A stretch of 63,067 bases of DNA, the filler included, from Rhabdomonas costata (lineage: Eukaryota), in the NCBI GenBank assembly GCA_019059605.1. It is 45 parts of 45 records of this genome, joined end to end, with 100 filler letters (N's around TTAATTAATTAA, not from the genome) between each part and the next. Parts side by side here need not be neighbours in the genome. Positions count along the whole stretch, not along the records: positions 60,362 to 61,664 come from JAHMHO010020001.1; positions 61,765 to 63,067 come from JAHMHO010020002.1; 43 more parts are not named here. One strand, 5' to 3'. This document shows positions 61,424 through 63,067 of the stretch, piece after piece; within the stretch, counting starts at the first letter, position 1, and every line of letters begins with the position of its first letter. The translations under genes and the position numbers were made by a program. The notes below the pieces were generated by a model. The model searched no databases. It had not been told where the DNA came from and saw only the letters and a program-made list of their open reading frames with translations.

Positions 61424-63067
61424 CTGGGTCACAAGCGAAGACGCGAAACGAGAGAACGCCTTGCCCATTGCTCTCCGTCACAACCTCATTCTTCGTTGTA
61501 CAGAATTCGGATCCCTCAGCTCACCGGTGCTTTGGTGGGCGTCATGGAATTCGGTAATGCCGCACAGTAAGCAAAGCAATTTCATCAGGAACACGATAAC
61601 CTAAAATCAACTCAATGCGAGCAGCCACGTGATAGTAACAGGTTAAAAGAAGTGACACACAAACNNNNNNNNNNNNNNNNNNNNNNNNNNNNNNNNNNNN
61701 NNNNNNNNTTAATTAATTAANNNNNNNNNNNNNNNNNNNNNNNNNNNNNNNNNNNNNNNNNNNNGTGTTGGGTGTGGTTGGTTTTTGGGTGGCAATCGGA
61801 CACTTTTGTCAACCGCGGTAGTCATTCAGAGCCTTGGGGCTGCAGGCGCTTCGAAGTATGCTAGTCAGTGCTTTTGACTGCACAACATCACGCACGTGAT
61901 AAGCGAGAAACGTGCGCTTTTGTGTGCGTGCGTGCGTGTATTCCCATCGTTCTGTTGCCGCTTTGCTGTACTTTTCTTTTCTGGCCTGAAATCTTGGTTG
62001 TTTGCACGACTGCAACCTTTGTACTCCTGCTGCCGGATGATGACAACCTGGAACTTTTTTGTCTTTAAGCAAAATTCTTCCCACCAACAATCTGTGACGG
62101 CGGCTTTCCGCTTTATCGACAGCATTTCTACTCGCCAGGACACCATAGGTGAGCATTACTTCTGAAAAGCCTCGATAAACACAACTGTCGCCTCATTGGT
62201 TGGAACGATGCACCTTTCACAGTGTGCAATGTTGATCCGCATGGCTATCTGTCCCCCATTTCTGAGGGACTGACCAGCGCACGAACAATTGACGTCACCA
62301 GCGTCCGTCCGCGAGGTCAGCGGAGGCCGTCTCCTCCGTCGCTCATGTCCTCCACTTTCGTGCCCACAAGTTTCAATGGTCGAGGGAAGGCAGATTTTAT
62401 CTGCAAAAAGCTTCAGCGGAGGTGCATATGCCACGCTCAGCCGTAAGGGGACCCACCACGAGAGGAGGGTTGCGGGGTGGGGGAGCGACCGCCCGGGCCA
62501 CTCCCCGCAGCGGAGGAGGAAAACGTGGCCACCACTTGCTTGGCCAAGTTCCGTAGCAGCAGCGAGGGGTCCTGAAGGTTCTGCAGCTGCAGAATCACCT
62601 GCAAAGCGAAAGGGAAAGCAAGATTTATGGGGTCCGGGGGGTGAGGACCGATAGTTTTTGTCGCATCAGAAATTGTTCGATTGAAATCCGTAAGGCACGG
62701 CGTTTAGTAACGTTTACCGCATACGTTTCACCATAAAAAACGTCCTGATCGTCAAGAGAAGCGAAGAATCAAATCTGAATAAATTTCACCAAAAAATAGC
62801 AACCTTGGAAGAAAAGGGTGCAAAGAAGTCATTTCGTAGTTCTCTACTTCCGCAGCTTTGGCGGAAGCACCGTTGATTTCCAATAACCCTCGCACAGGCG
62901 AAATCCAACACTGACGACCAAAACTGAAAACGAGAATCCTGATCGATCCATAGAAGCGTAACATTTGACAGGCAAGACGCCCTCTTTCTTCACACAATTC
63001 ATTGTCTTCATCAAGCCTTTCATTGGAACACCAAGCGGGGTTCGTCCAATTTTTGCCAGCAGGCTCG

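Larger units (their letters stand above)
1306..61764. other. 44 artificial 100-nt contig-joining spacers (N44-TTAATTAATTAA-N44) separating 45 contigs of ~1.3 kb; first spacer 1306-1405, last 61665-61764
   Basis: An identical spacer recurs every ~1404 nt; TTAATTAATTAA gives stop codons in all six frames; near-uniform contig length implies size-sorted concatenation. Confidence 0.99.

Noticed and set aside
1-63067. Most ORF-track entries, and any rRNA or tRNA genes
   Set aside because: Most short ORFs are antisense shadows, intron read-through, or run into N spacers; no cloverleaf or rRNA-conserved segments were recognised.

Overview
This window is not contiguous DNA. It is 45 size-sorted contigs of about 1.3 kb joined by 44 artificial 100-nt spacers (N44-TTAATTAATTAA-N44, stops in all six frames), so adjacency across spacers carries no synteny information. 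Most contig ends carry G/T-only (or A/C-only) tracts, and four ends are fold-back hairpins, which points to whole-genome amplification. The content is a eukaryotic nuclear genome with short, high-GC3 exons, GT-AG and GC-AG introns, donors that rarely match GTRAG, and TTAGGG-like repeats; a euglenid/euglenozoan-type protist is my inference, not proven. Recognisable pieces are VMP1, a serine incorporator, a type I PKS (KS plus a degenerate AT), an RI-like LRR protein, a UBZ/C2H2+RING protein, Kelch, ARM (RSPH14-like), twin-CX9C and cyclase-tail fragments. Decayed mobile elements include Merlin/IS1595, Ty3/gypsy, a CRE-like LINE and a Dam-methylase-bearing retroelement. The best novelty leads are (1) candidate introns ending in CCG rather than CAG (GT-CG), best at 10464-10515, (2) a Merlin transposase interrupted by a 90-nt GT-AG intron containing telomere-like repeats and bounded by a CAGGTC direct repeat, and (3) frequent 7-14 nt tandem microduplications. 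All splice models were read by eye and need RNA confirmation.
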